Source: an uncultured Planctomycetota bacterium (GTDB lineage: Bacteria > Planctomycetota > Planctomycetia > Isosphaerales > Isosphaeraceae). Taken from it: DNA of 64,000 nt. Of this stretch, positions 10,114 through 21,798 are shown one piece after another. The DNA lies in assembly GCA_963823665.1 (NCBI GenBank), contig CAWGMQ010000010.1, forward strand, positions 2,144,001-2,208,000. The letters run 5' to 3'. The notes beneath the pieces are model-generated. The model did not search any database and had not been told where the DNA came from. It saw nothing but the letters and a program-made list of their open reading frames with translations. The translations under genes were made by a program, and so were the position numbers. The stretch's first letter is position 1, and each line of letters starts with the position of its first letter.

Positions 10114-10908
10114 ATGAGCACACATCTCACACTTCGGGAAGATCGAGGACCGATTGCGATTCTGACTCTGAATCGTCCCGATCAACGCAACGCCCTTTCT
10201 CGCGCGCTCGTGGCCGCGCTTCGCGATCGGATCGACCAGATTCGCGTGGAGGAGCACACGCGAGTCGTGGTGCTCACGGGAGCCGGCGCGACGTTTTGCT
10301 CGGGAATGGATTTGAAAGAGGCGGCCGCGGTTTCTGAAGGTGCCGATGGCGAACAGACGACGATCGCGATCCTTCAGCAGTTTGCGGACCTGCTGCAGTG
10401 CCTGCACGCGCTATCCAAGCCGACAATCGCCGCGGTGGCCGGGGATGCATTCGCGGGTGGGGCGGGTCTGATGGCGGCGTGCGACCTGGTCGTGGCGGCC
10501 GAGAGTGCACAGATCGGTTATCCGGAGATCAAGCGCGGCCTGGTGGCTTCGATCGTGATGCATGACGTGTCCCGTCAGATTGGGGATCGTCGCGCACGCC
10601 AGTTGCTTCTGAGTGGCGAGCCGATCTCGGCTGTGGTCGCGAAGGAGTGGGGAATGGTCAATGTGGTGGCGCCCTTGGAGAGCTGTCTGGCGGAGGCGAT
10701 CCGGCTGGCCGAGGGCCTACTCCAAAGCGGCCCGCAGGCGATCGGCACGACGAAGCGGCTGCTCGACGAAGCGTTTCGGCGGCCGCACGACCTCCGTGGC
10801 GCCGCGGCGGTCAGCGCGGCCGTGCGGGTTTCTGACGAGGCCCGTGAGGGCATCCGTGCATTTGTCGAAAAACGCCTCCCCACGTGGGCCTCGTCCACTT
10901 CCCGTTGA
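10114..10908 (+). CDS. Enoyl-CoA hydratase/isomerase (methylglutaconyl-CoA hydratase-like)
   Basis: LNRPDQRNAL, FCSGMDL, AFAGGAGL, PEIKRGL and EAREGIRAFVEKR. Confidence 0.93.
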   Translation: MSTHLTLREDRGPIAILTLNRPDQRNALSRALVAALRDRIDQIRVEEHTRVVVLTGAGATFCSGMDLKEAAAVSEGADGEQTTIAILQQFADLLQCLHALSKPTIAAVAGDAFAGGAGLMAACDLVVAAESAQIGYPEIKRGLVASIVMHDVSRQIGDRRARQLLLSGEPISAVVAKEWGMVNVVAPLESCLAEAIRLAEGLLQSGPQAIGTTKRLLDEAFRRPHDLRGAAAVSAAVRVSDEAREGIRAFVEKRLPTWASSTSR

Positions 10909-10992
10909 AGCTGATTGGACCATGGCACAGAAAACGAGCCGCTCCAGGTCTGGCAGGTCATCTGGAACCGCTGGGACGAGGACATTCATCCC

Positions 10993-12681
10993 ATGAATCG
11001 AGCAGCGGGAGACGTGCAACCCTGGGTATGGAATGAGACGGTTGGCGGTGTGCTCGCGCGCACAGCCGGCCTTTATCCCGATCAGGACGCCGTGGTGTTC
11101 CCGCAGCTCAATCTGCGCTGGTCCTGGCGAGAGCTTGATGAGCGGGTCAATCAGGTGGCGCGCTGGTTCATCGAGCTTGGTGCCCTTGCGGGTGAGAATC
11201 TGGGCATCTGGTCGATGAACGTGCCGGAGTGGGTCGTCACTCAGTTTGCGGCTGGGCGAATCGGCGCGGTTCTTGTAAATGTCAATCCAGCCTATCGTGT
11301 GCATGAGCTTTCGGACGCGCTGCGTATGGCCGACGTGGCGACCCTGATCGCCGGCAGCCCGTTCAAGGGCTCGAATTTCGTCGCAATGGTCGAATCCCTG
11401 TGTCCGGAGGTGGCTTCCGCTTCATCACGTGACTGGACCTGCGAGCGATTTCCCCGCTTGAAGCGAGTGATTTCACTGGGAGACCGGCCGGGGCCGGGCT
11501 GGATTACGTGGGCAGATGGGCAATCAGGACCGCTTGCGGGCGCGGATGGGCTGGAGGCACGCACTTCTGCCGTGCGGGCAGAGGACGTGCACAACATTCA
11601 GTTCACGTCGGGGACAACCGGGCTGCCCAAAGGAGCGATGCTCACTCACCGCAACGTGCTTCTGAATGCGTTCTACACCGGCGAGCGCCTTCGCTATTCC
11701 TCGGCCGATCGAGTCTGTGTGCCGGTGCCGTTCTACCATTGTTTCGGGTGCGTGCTGGGGAACCTGGTGTGCGCCGTCTACGGCGCGGCGATCGTCGTAC
11801 CCGCTCCGTCGTTTGATGCCGGGGCGACGCTCGCGGCGATCGACCGCGAGCGATGCACGGCGGTGTACGGTGTTCCAACGATGTACATCTCGCAACTCGA
11901 ACACCCTGACTTCCCGCGGTTTGATCTCTCGAGCCTTCGTACTGGAATCATGTCGGGGGCGCCGTGCCCGCTGCCGCTGATGCAGAAGGTCGTCTCCTCG
12001 ATGGGTATCCGCGAGATTTGTATCGGATACGGCCAGACCGAGGCGTCGCCGATCATCACTTTCACATCGGCGGACGACGCGCTTGAAGTCAGGGTGGGAA
12101 CCGTCGGCGCTCCCATTCCTGAACTCGACGTCAAGCTGGTCGACACCGTCTCCGGTGCCCTTGTACGCTCGGGCGAGACCGGCGAGCTTTGCGTGCGCGG
12201 CCACTGCGTGATGGCGGGGTATTACAATAATCCCGAAGCGAGCGAGCGAGCGATCGACGCCGCCGGCTGGCTGCACACCGGTGACCTCGCTCGGTGCCGC
12301 GACGACGGGAATTACAGGATCGTCGGAAGAAGCAAGGAAATGATCATTCGTGGAGGTGAAAATATCTACCCAGCCGAGATCGAGGAATTCCTGCACCGGC
12401 ACCAGGGAGTCGCCGAAGTTGCCGTGGCCGGTGTGCCCGACCCCAAATACGGCGAGGTGGTGGCTGCGTGGGTCGTGCCCAAGTCCGGGGCTTCCCTCAC
12501 AGCCGAAGATGTGAAGTGCTACTGTCGCGATCAGATCGCGTATTTTAAGATACCACAATATGTTATGCTTGTTGAACAGTTGCCGAGAACCGTCACCGGC
12601 AAGATTCGCAAGCACGTGCTCAAGGAGCAGGCGATCGGCGAGCTGGGATTGAGTGAAGCAGCACGGGTCGAGACAGCTTAG
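10993..12681 (+). CDS. AMP-binding acyl-CoA synthetase
   Basis: QFTSGTTGLPKG, YGQTEASP, GWLHTGD, IIRGGENIYP and TGKIRK. An alternative start exists at 10915. Confidence 0.94.
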   Translation: MNRAAGDVQPWVWNETVGGVLARTAGLYPDQDAVVFPQLNLRWSWRELDERVNQVARWFIELGALAGENLGIWSMNVPEWVVTQFAAGRIGAVLVNVNPAYRVHELSDALRMADVATLIAGSPFKGSNFVAMVESLCPEVASASSRDWTCERFPRLKRVISLGDRPGPGWITWADGQSGPLAGADGLEARTSAVRAEDVHNIQFTSGTTGLPKGAMLTHRNVLLNAFYTGERLRYSSADRVCVPVPFYHCFGCVLGNLVCAVYGAAIVVPAPSFDAGATLAAIDRERCTAVYGVPTMYISQLEHPDFPRFDLSSLRTGIMSGAPCPLPLMQKVVSSMGIREICIGYGQTEASPIITFTSADDALEVRVGTVGAPIPELDVKLVDTVSGALVRSGETGELCVRGHCVMAGYYNNPEASERAIDAAGWLHTGDLARCRDDGNYRIVGRSKEMIIRGGENIYPAEIEEFLHRHQGVAEVAVAGVPDPKYGEVVAAWVVPKSGASLTAEDVKCYCRDQIAYFKIPQYVMLVEQLPRTVTGKIRKHVLKEQAIGELGLSEAARVETA

Positions 12682-13589
12682 CCAGAATAAACGGGGCCCG
12701 TGCTGCTGGGCTTCTTGCTGATCTCGATCGTCGACGGTTCGAGCGTGGCATCGGCCTTGGCCACGATGAGCCCGTCGGTCGAATACGTCTCATCGAGATC
12801 TGCGCTGGCCATGATGAGATAACCGTAGGACTTGAGAATCTCCACGCATTCGTAATGGAGCTTGTTGCTGTGGGTCGAGATGAACACCCAGTCGGCGGCT
12901 TTTCGCCCGAGCAGCATCTTCGCGCCGGCGAGCATGTCGACTTCACCCCCCTGAATGTCCGCGTGCAAGATGGCGAGATGCTCGATCCCGTTCCGCTGGC
13001 AGAAGGGATCGACGGCCACGAATCGGTTGCCTTCTCGATCCGTTCTCTCCGATGACCCGACAAATGCCTGCGTGAAATCGCCGCGGGCGCCATTGATCTC
13101 GAAGTTCCTCTCGCCGGAGCGGAGGTTTTCGCGTATCGGTTCCACGAGGAAGCAATGTGCATTTCTGACCGTCTTGGCAAACCACAACGAATAATAAGCC
13201 CAGTAGGCTCCGAGCTCGAGCATTGTGCTTCCGGGGCCCAGGTGCGGCAGCACTTCGCCGAAAGCTCGCTCTTCTTGCGGCTCGTGCACTCCGCGGTTCT
13301 CGAGCAGCATCTTCAAGATGCCGGCTCCGTAGTACCCGAGGCCGACTACGCGGGTGCCGTTGTGCATCACAACCTGGTCATCGACGAGCTTGCCCGCCTC
13401 CGGTACGCGATCAATATACTGGTTATCGGGACAAGCGATTACATCATCAATTCGTTGTCGCCAGTACTTCGCATCATTGCGCCGGCTCCAGAACGAGAAG
13501 ACGTTGCGAGCGGAATCGATGGCCGACCGTGGCAGCGCCTTCTTGAGTGCGGATTTGAGGATGCTCATGGGCGGATTGGAGGGGCTCAT
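12678..13589 (-). CDS. FkbM-family SAM-dependent methyltransferase
   Basis: HEPQEE, MLELGAYWAYYSLW, VEP, ILHADIQGGE and FISTH. Confidence 0.8.
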   Translation of the reverse strand: MSPSNPPMSILKSALKKALPRSAIDSARNVFSFWSRRNDAKYWRQRIDDVIACPDNQYIDRVPEAGKLVDDQVVMHNGTRVVGLGYYGAGILKMLLENRGVHEPQEERAFGEVLPHLGPGSTMLELGAYWAYYSLWFAKTVRNAHCFLVEPIRENLRSGERNFEINGARGDFTQAFVGSSERTDREGNRFVAVDPFCQRNGIEHLAILHADIQGGEVDMLAGAKMLLGRKAADWVFISTHSNKLHYECVEILKSYGYLIMASADLDETYSTDGLIVAKADATLEPSTIEISKKPSSTGPVYSG

Positions 13590-13897
13590 TGGGTGCCGCC
13601 TTCCGATAGCGCCGGACGCACGAGCATCCGAGCTCTTAGCACCCCTGTAGTCGGGTCTCGGTCGGCGGGTAAGGCTAATGGTAATTTGAACGACTGCGAC
13701 TGTAAAGCCTCACGGACCGAGCGGGTGGGTTGCGAACTTGTCGCGGCCCGCCGCGCCAAGCGGCCGTTTTGCGGACACAGCTTTCACATTGGCTCCAAAC
13801 TCGCCAAAGATCGCGGCGTGAATGCATTGCGATCTCCCTCACCGAGATGTTACAAACCGGGTACTTGATCATTCCTTCAATTTCGCGGAGTTTACTC

Positions 13898-14218
13898 ATG
13901 CCCTACGATGACACGCTGGTCGTCGGATACGTGCGCCAGACCCATAGCACAACTCTGCTCTCCGAGCGAGAAAAGCACTTGATCGGGCTCGCGGTGACGA
14001 TGACCCGGGGCTGCCAGGTCTGCACGCGGAACCGGATCGAGAAGGCGCGTTCAGCCGGCATCGGCGACGACGTGCTCAATGCGCTTGTGAGCGTTGTGTC
14101 CGCGGTCAACGCCGGGGTGACTGCGGCCACGGCCCGCGAGGGGTTCCGGCTCGCCGACGCTGCTGCCGAAGAGGCACTGTGCGGCGACGTTTGCGCAGCG
14201 GAACCCGGCCGGAGATGA
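13898..14218 (+). CDS. Carboxymuconolactone decarboxylase / AhpD-like protein
   Basis: LSEREKHLIGLAVTMTRGCQVC carries a CxxC motif. RBS GGAG precedes ATG 13898. Confidence 0.8.
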   Translation: MPYDDTLVVGYVRQTHSTTLLSEREKHLIGLAVTMTRGCQVCTRNRIEKARSAGIGDDVLNALVSVVSAVNAGVTAATAREGFRLADAAAEEALCGDVCAAEPGRR

Positions 14219-14254
14219 AGCCGATCGCGGGAGCACGGCTCCCGTGACCCGTCG

Positions 14255-16642
14255 TCATTTCGATGCGGCGGAATTCGCGGTTGAGGCGAGCCCACCCTTG
14301 CCCTGTGCGGCCGCCGGGCGCTTCTGCTCGATCACCAGTGAATCGAGCTCGGATTGCAGCAACTTCACCCTGGCGAGTGCCGCATCCAGCGGCGCCTTCT
14401 TTTCCGAAATGGCTTTCTCCGCGCCGGCTTTGGCGGCACTTACCTGGGCGTGCTCTTTCTTCACCGCAGCGAGCGCAGTATTCACGCTTTGCAGGGCAGC
14501 CTGACCATCCGTGAGAGCCTTGTCCGCGGCCGCTTTCTCCTGAAGGGCCCGGTTGGTGAGGTCGCGTGCAGAAGTCGTCGCAAGGGTTGCAGCTTTGGCG
14601 GTCGTGCGGGCCGCAAGAGCCGTCAGCGGAGCGGCATTTTTCGCTGCTGTCGCACGGGCCAGGGCCGAAGAAGCTGCCGCCTGCTGTCGTGCCCGCGTCC
14701 GCAAGGACCTGCACGAGCGAAAGGGTCTTCTGAGCCTGTTTTACCAGCTCGGCCGCGGCCGCTGCCGTGGCTTCGGGAGTCGTCGCACCGCTTAAGTGCA
14801 GCAACTGATGCCATCAGTGACGGGTCGTTCGCAGTTCTTATCTGCCAGCGCTTTCTCGGTGGCCGTTTTGGCAGCGGCGAGCGCGCCCGCCGCCGATTTC
14901 TCGGCGTCTGCGGACTGCGCGATCGCTTTCTCGGCCGCGGTCTGGCCGGCCGCAAGCTGGGCCGCCAGTGCGTCGGCAGCGTTCAGGGTCACGCTAGCCT
15001 CGTTAACCGCGGCCGCCTTCGCCTGCTGCGCCTGATCGAGCTGCTGGACCAAGGCAGCCTGCTTCGCTGTGGCCGCCTCGGCCGCGGTCAGCCTGGTCTG
15101 AACTGCCGGCGAGAGCGGAATTCATCGGGGCGATCGCGTTCTGGAGCGGATCAAGCTGCTTCGCAAGCGACTCGAGCCTCGGCCCGAGCGGCTGCCAGCG
15201 TCTGCTTGACCTGTTCGATCCGGGTGGCGATCGGGGCTGGATTGACGGCAAGGTTGGCTAGCCGTCGCCCGTCCTTCGCATCCCACACGCGGATCTCACC
15301 GGTCCAGTCTGCGGCAAAGACACGCGAATCGTCGTGACTGATCACCGCCTCGAGCGCAAGGTCGCCGAACGGCTCGAACTCGCGCTGCTTGCCGCCGTTC
15401 TGGTCCCACAATCGCACGATAGCGGTCGCGCCCGGTCGTCAGAAGCCGTCCGTCCTTGGCGAAACGGACCGACGCCACGCCCGGACCGTGAGCGCCGATC
15501 GTCCGGATGTTGCCGCCGTTCTCCATCTCCCATAACCGCACGCCGCCGTCTTCGCTCGAGGATGCCAGCACGTTCGAGTCCAGCCGCCAGCTCACGTCGG
15601 TGATCGCCGCCTGGTGGCCTCGCAGGTCGAAGAACTCGCGGCCGGTCTGGGCTTCCCAGACGATCAGCCCGTTATTGCGGTCGCCGGTGGCCAGGAGCAC
15701 GCCGTCCGGGCTGAACTCCGCCGCCGTGATCCATTCCGTGTGCTTGCGCATCTCGGTCGCCAGCGAGCCGTCGGACGTGTTGTAGACCCGCACGACCTTG
15801 CTGGGACCGCCCACGACGACCTGGCCGTGGTCGGGGCTCATATCCGCCGCCAGAACCACGTCGTATTCCTTGCCGACCTCGAAGACCCGAGTCCCCTTCT
15901 TCACGTCCCAGGCCACCGCGATTCCCGATTGCCCGCCGCGGCCACCGCCGGCCAGGAGCAGGTCGCCGTTGCGGCTGAATTTCAGCACGTAGATCGCCCC
16001 CTCGGGGAAGGGGAGCACACCCATCAGATGAAAGTCTGTCGTCCGGTACAGGAGCACCTGCTTGTGACCCGCCACCGCGATCAGAGGCGCCCACGGGCTC
16101 GCCGCCATCGCCACGACCGCGCTCGGCTGCGCCTCCGGTACGAACGGCTCGGTCGAGAGATTCTCGGGCATCGCCGGCGTGCCCGACGGTTTGCCAAGCG
16201 ACGCCGGATCGAGCTTGAACTCGAACTTGGGCTTTGTGCTGGCAACCGCCTTGCTGCCGGAATTCTCGAGCGCGCCGCCGGCGATCCACTTGCGAATCAC
16301 CTCGATTTCGGCGTCGGGAATCTTGGGCGAGTTCGGCGGCATCTTGGGCTCTTCCTTGTGCGAGATCACCAGGAAGAGCGTGCTGCTCTCGGCGTCACCG
16401 GGCTCGATCACCTTGCCCGACCCGCCCCCTTGCATCGCCGAACCGTAGTTATCAAGGTTCAGCCCGCCCTTCTGCTTGTCGGGGTTGTGGCACGAGCCGC
16501 AGCGATTGCGAAAAATCGAAACCACGTTGTCCTGGTACGTCACCTTCTCCTTGGGAGCGTCATCCACCATCTCCGCCGAGACGGCACCCAAGGCCAGGGA
16601 CAGAATCGCAGAGAAAACGACGGCAACGAGCTTCGATTGCAT
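14255..16642 (-). CDS. Planctomycete cytochrome c domain + WD40 propeller + Ala-rich coiled-coil protein; several frameshifts
   Basis: Signal peptide; NRCGSCHNPDKQKGGLNL ... MPP ... IRKWIAGGA; WD repeats (HTEWITAAEFSPDG, GHQAAITDVSW). An Ala/Lys-rich tail is split across ORFs down to 14255. Confidence 0.85.
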
Positions 16643-16741
16643 GGTCTCGAATCTCACAAGAACTGGCCCTCAATGTTGCGAAAAGCTCCACGCTCGACGG
16701 AGGAACCGAGGGCTCATCGAAAGCGCTCCGTGGGCCGTCGA

Positions 16742-19264
16742 TCAATGGTTAAACAGGAATTCACGGCTGTTAAGCAACGCCCAGAAGATGTCTTCAAGCG
16801 CCTGGGACCCGATCCTTGGCGGTGGCAATAAGCGGCGTGAGCTTCGCAAGCTCCTGCTTGTCCGGCTTGCGCGAGAAACAGCGCACGTACAGCTCGGTGA
16901 TCCTCTCTTCGGGCGGCTTCTTGCCCGAGGAAAGCTGTGCGACCAATCCGCCCTGGCGGATCTTGTCGGTGACCGTTCCCCCATTCAGCAAGTGCAGGGC
17001 CTGCGACAACGTCGGCTCCATCTTGACCTCGCAGGAACACGGCGTCTCGCGCGTCGCCCGGCCGAATGTCTTGAGGAAATACGTCGACCGCGTGCCGTCG
17101 GCGATCTGCACAGCCCGCGCCCCCACCGGCAGACCGTCGAACTTATCCTTGGTGTTGGTGACGGCACTGATCGTATCGAGCAGGTTCTCGGCCTTGATCC
17201 TCCGCACCAGAGCATGGGCGAAATTCTTCTCGTCGCTCTCGTTACTGTCGTTTCGCCGCGTCGTTCGCTGATAGGTTCTCGAATTGCAAATGTCGCGCAC
17301 CAGCGCCTTCAAGTTGTACTTCGTGTCGGTAAAGTGCTTGCCGAGAGCCTCGAGCAGCTCCGGATTCGAAGCAGGGTTCGATACCCGGAAATCATCAACC
17401 GGCTCGACGATTCCCACTCCCATGAAGTGGGCCCAGACCCGGTTGGCGAATGAAGTCGCGAACCACGGGTTCCGCGGCGACGCCAGCCATTTGGCCAGCA
17501 CGACGCGGCGGTCCTTTCCTGCCACATCGGGCGCCTCGGCCCCCAGAAACTTGGGCGGCATCACCCTGCCACCGACCGGATGAGTCACCTCGCCGCCACC
17601 CGAATTGAAGATGATCGTCTCGCGATAATCTTCCGCTTGCTTGCGGCCGATCTGCGCGAAGAACGCGGCGAAGCTGTAATAGTCGTTCTGGGTCCAGCGA
17701 TCGAACGGATGGTTGTGGCACTGCGCACACTGCACGCGAATCCCCATGAAGACCTGGGCCACGTTCTCGGTGAGCGGCAAGGTCTCGTTCGTAATCTGGT
17801 AGAAGTTGGTCGCGGCGTTCTTGAAGGTTCCACCGCTGGCGCCGAGTAGCTCCTGAACCATCTCGTCCATCGGCATGTTCTTGGAGAGCTTGTCAACCAG
17901 CCAGTTATAATAAAGGAACATCGCCTTCTGGCTCACGTTGCGCGTGGGGTCGGTGCGCACCTGCAACAGCTCGGCCCACTTCGAGACCCAGATCTCGGAA
18001 AACTCCTTGCGCTCGAGCAGCTCGTCAATCCACTTCGACCTCCTGGCAGGGTCGGTCGATTTCATGAAGCGATCGTATTCTTCCATGGTCGGCGGCAGCC
18101 CGACGATATCGAGCGCAACCCGGCGCAAGAATGTCTCGTCGTCGCACTGGCCCGACGGGGCAATCCTCAGCTTCTTGAGCTTTTCGTTCACCAGCTTGTC
18201 GATGTAATTCGGCTCAGGCTCATCCGCTGGGAAGGTGAATTTAAGCGCGTGCGGCAGCACGATGAACTGCGAGCCCACGGTATGCGTCTCGAACCGGGCC
18301 ATCACGAACGCCTCGCCGCGCTCCCCGCCGTGACCAGACCGCTCGTGCTCACGGGCGCCGAGACGTCGTTATTGGTGAGAAATACTGCCAGGCTCGTCAC
18401 GTCGCGATCGGTGCCGTCGGAATAGCGTGCGCGAACGGTCAACTGCTGGGTCGATCCCTTCCCGTCGAGGACGCACTGCTTCGGATAGAGGTCGACGCCA
18501 ACCACGGCGGGAACCTTCGCCACATCGTCGTTCAGCGCTCCGGACTGGATCCACGTGTGCAGCGTGTTGTACAGCTCGCTCGAAGGCTCGAATCGCTTCC
18601 CTCCAGTGTGGGGAACAGCCCCGGTGGCCTTCTCGAGCAGCGTGCTTTCGGCCGGCACGGCTCGATTGATTCGCCTGCCGACCATCTCGCGCGTCAACCG
18701 GAAATGGTCACCTTCGGGGTCAAACCCGAACAGCGAGATCCGGAATCCATCCTTGCCGCGCGCCGCCCCGTGGCAGCTCCCGGTATTGCAACCCGATCGC
18801 ATGAACACGGGCATCACATCGAGCCGGAAGCTCAGCGGCGGCGAGACAGTCGCCTGCGCGACCTTCACCGGCACGCTGACGGTCTTGCCGCCAAAGCTCA
18901 CGGTGAGCGCCGTGGCGCCGTCGGCTGCGGGATAGAAGATCGCCCCGTCGCGCCTCGCGGGCTTGGAATCAGCCAATGCCAAAGTCGCTTCCCTGGTCAC
19001 ATCCCGCGTGATCCCATCGGCAAAAGTCGCCTGCACGACGACCGACTGCCGGTCGCGCGCGGTCGTGAGATTGATCTCCGACGGGTAAACCGCCAAGCTC
19101 GCCAGAGGCGCGGCTTTCCCCGTGGCGAAAAGCGGTTCTGGTAGGTTCGGCAGTTTGCCGTCACCGGCCAAAGCCGCTCTGCCGGAGACGAGAAGCAGGA
19201 AGCAGCACAGTTGAACCCGGAAATTCGAGGATGACAGAGATATCATCGCGAAGGAGTCCTTCAC
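16742..19264 (-). CDS. DUF1549/DUF1553 protein with Ig-like domains; frameshifts near 18310 and 16800
   Basis: SFRLDVMPVF..GCNTGSCHG, YSDGTDRDVT, FLRRVALDIVG, CAQCHNHPFDRWTQ, NRVWAHFMGVGIVEPVDD, and C-terminal LEDIFWALLNSREFLFNH. Confidence 0.9.
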
Positions 19265-19323
19265 TGAGAGACTGGTCCAGGGCGGAAAGCCCTTTTTACC
19301 ATTCCTTTGTTTCTCAATTCAGT

Positions 19324-21757
19324 TCATTTGCCCGTCTTGGCTTGTTTGGTGTCGAGCCTCAGCTTCTCGAGCCGCGTCAGCGGCTTGGCCGCCGGAGCCG
19401 CCGGCTTGGGCGCAGCCGCAACCGGCGCAGGCGCGGCGGCACTGGGCTTCGGAGGGAGCGGTACGTCGATCCGGAGCGCTCCCGTGCCGATGTTGTGCAC
19501 GATCGGCTCGCCGTTCTGGGTAATCACCACCTGGCAGAACAGGCTGGCGTGATTGCCGGCCGGCGAGACCTTGTCGGTCTTGATATGGAACATCAGGTCC
19601 GTGGTGTCCTTGGTGATCTTCTTTACGTCCGTCGTCACCTTGTTGGGCAGCCCGATCAGGGTGACGGTCGCCTCACCCGGAAAATCGACCGCCTTGGCAA
19701 CCTTCACCGCCATGTCGACCTCCTTGCCCTGCTCGACACTGGCAGCCGTGTAAGCCAAACCCAGGTAAGGAGCGGCGATCGTCAAATTGGCAAGCTGCGA
19801 CGAGACACTGATCGGGCCCGACGCAACTCCCGAGGCGCCGTTGACGACAATCTTCCAGGTCCGCAGCTCGGCGCCGCCGTCCGCGTTCATGGGAATCACC
19901 GCCTCGTTCTGTTTCTCCGGGATCTGGATTCCGCCGCCGGAGCCCACGCCCGGTGGATTCCACGGCAGATAAACCGAGATCGGCGCCGTGAACCCCGCCT
20001 TGCGGATCGCCCGCACTTTCAGCCCCATCGACCCACCGCGCACCAGTGGCACCTTGGGCTCGACGATCTCGATCGTGTAGGGACATTCCTCCGTCACCGC
20101 CACGGCAAGCCGCTCGACTGTCCGCGACCACACGTTGACGTTGTTCTGCCCCAGCACCAGGACCGACATCTGCTCGAACCGCGACGGCACGATCAGCTTG
20201 GCATCGGTCGGCTTACCCGCGACGTCCGCCAGCGTCACCGCAAGTGCGGCGTCCGGCTTGGCAGAGAACAACACCGGAACCACCACCTGGCTGGCGGCGA
20301 TCGTCGGGGCCTCGACCGAAACCCCCGCAGGCAGCCCAGCAACGCTGAGATTCAGTTCGCCGCCGAAGTCGGACCGATTGCCATACAAAAGGATCGCCTG
20401 CCGGTTGCCCTTCGGCACCGCAAGCGACATCACTCCGGTTCCCAGCGGGATCTGTTCCGCGTTGGTCGTCACCACGAGCTGCGGCTCGACCGGTGTCACC
20501 TCGATCCGATACGCATAATCCGGCCCTCCCTTGCCGAGCTGGTCGATCAGCCAGATGGCGTACTCGGCATCTTCGGGGGCTTGAAAGCGGAAGAAGCTGT
20601 CAGGGCCGAACGAGTCGTCCGCGCCCAGCATCGCGCCTCCCCCCTTCTTCCCCAGGTACATCACCGGGTCCAGCGGCGAACGGATTCGCCTCGCGTAGCA
20701 GTGGATGTCGAAAACCTGCCCCTTCGTCGCCTTGAAGATGAACTGGTCCACATCGCCGGGCTTCTCGATCACGCCGTTCAAGGCCGCAGGCGCCTGAAAG
20801 ACCGTCGCGTGCGCCTGGTCCTCATTCGGCTCTTTCTCGAGAACGTTGCGAAAGCGCCGTCAGCCGGAATGCATTGGGGTAGGGCGAAATTCCCTTCTCG
20901 TCCTGGCGCTCAATGCCGAACTCACGGTCGGCTTTCTCAGGAAGCTTGATCGTCGTCGTGACATCGCCGGTCGGGTCGCCAATCCACCGCACCTGCAGCG
21001 TCTCGCCCGGCTTGCCGCCCCCGGGCAGCACAGCCGTCGCTCGCGGGAAGTTCCCCACGTGCAAACGGTAGATGCACGCTCCGTTCCCGGCGTAGGCGCT
21101 CTCCCGCACCTGAATGATGTACTTCCCGTCCTCAGGTGCAAGCACCGAGGTGAACCCGTCGCGCCACACGAGCGCGGCATCATCGCTGACTCCCAGCTCG
21201 AATCGCTTCGCGTTCAGGATCGCAACACAGGGATCGAATTCCGTGATCCCCAGGCGCAGGCCCTCCACCTCCGCCGAGATCCGCTCCCCTTTCTTCGCTT
21301 GCACCACGAAGTAATCGACGTCTTCGTTGTCGGCGATGCCGGTCACCGTCACGTTCATCGCAATCGCTTGAGGAGCCTGGAAATCGTTGTTGGGTTCGAC
21401 TTCCGCAATCTCCTTGAGCGCCCCTACGCTGAACGTGCGCAGCTCGCTGATCCCGCTCGCCGTCCGCACCCGCAGGTCGTGCAGACCTAGCGGGCAGTCA
21501 GCGGCAATCTTGATCTTCGCCTTGACGTTGTTGTCGTCGACTTTCTTGAGCGAAAGCGTCGCGATCCCGCGCTGATAATAAACGATCTCCTGCGCGTCGC
21601 CGAGGCGCGCGCCCGAAAGCGTGATCTCCAGTTCCGTGCCGCGCTGGCCGCCGACCGGACGAATGGCCCCCAGTGACGGCGTGGCCGCGCAGACCTCGGA
21701 CGAAAACGAGAAGTAGAACACGATCGCGACGCTGCACAGCAAGATGCGAAATCGCAT
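19324..21757 (-). CDS. Secreted PPC (pre-peptidase C-terminal-like) repeat protein of the DUF1501 module; frameshift near 20850
   Basis: Signal peptide MRFRILLCS..., GGQRGTELEITLSG, EVEPNND, EDVDYF and GDVDQFIF. Confidence 0.85.
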
Positions 21758-21798
21758 GAACCTACCTCTAAGTGACTTCAAGCGAGCAGTAAGTGATT

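Noticed and set aside
19231..20949. Long opposite-strand ORFs (also 23647..25230, 26172..27668, 15614..16831, 36227..37486)
   Set aside because: Antisense shadows of well-supported genes, as expected in high-GC DNA.
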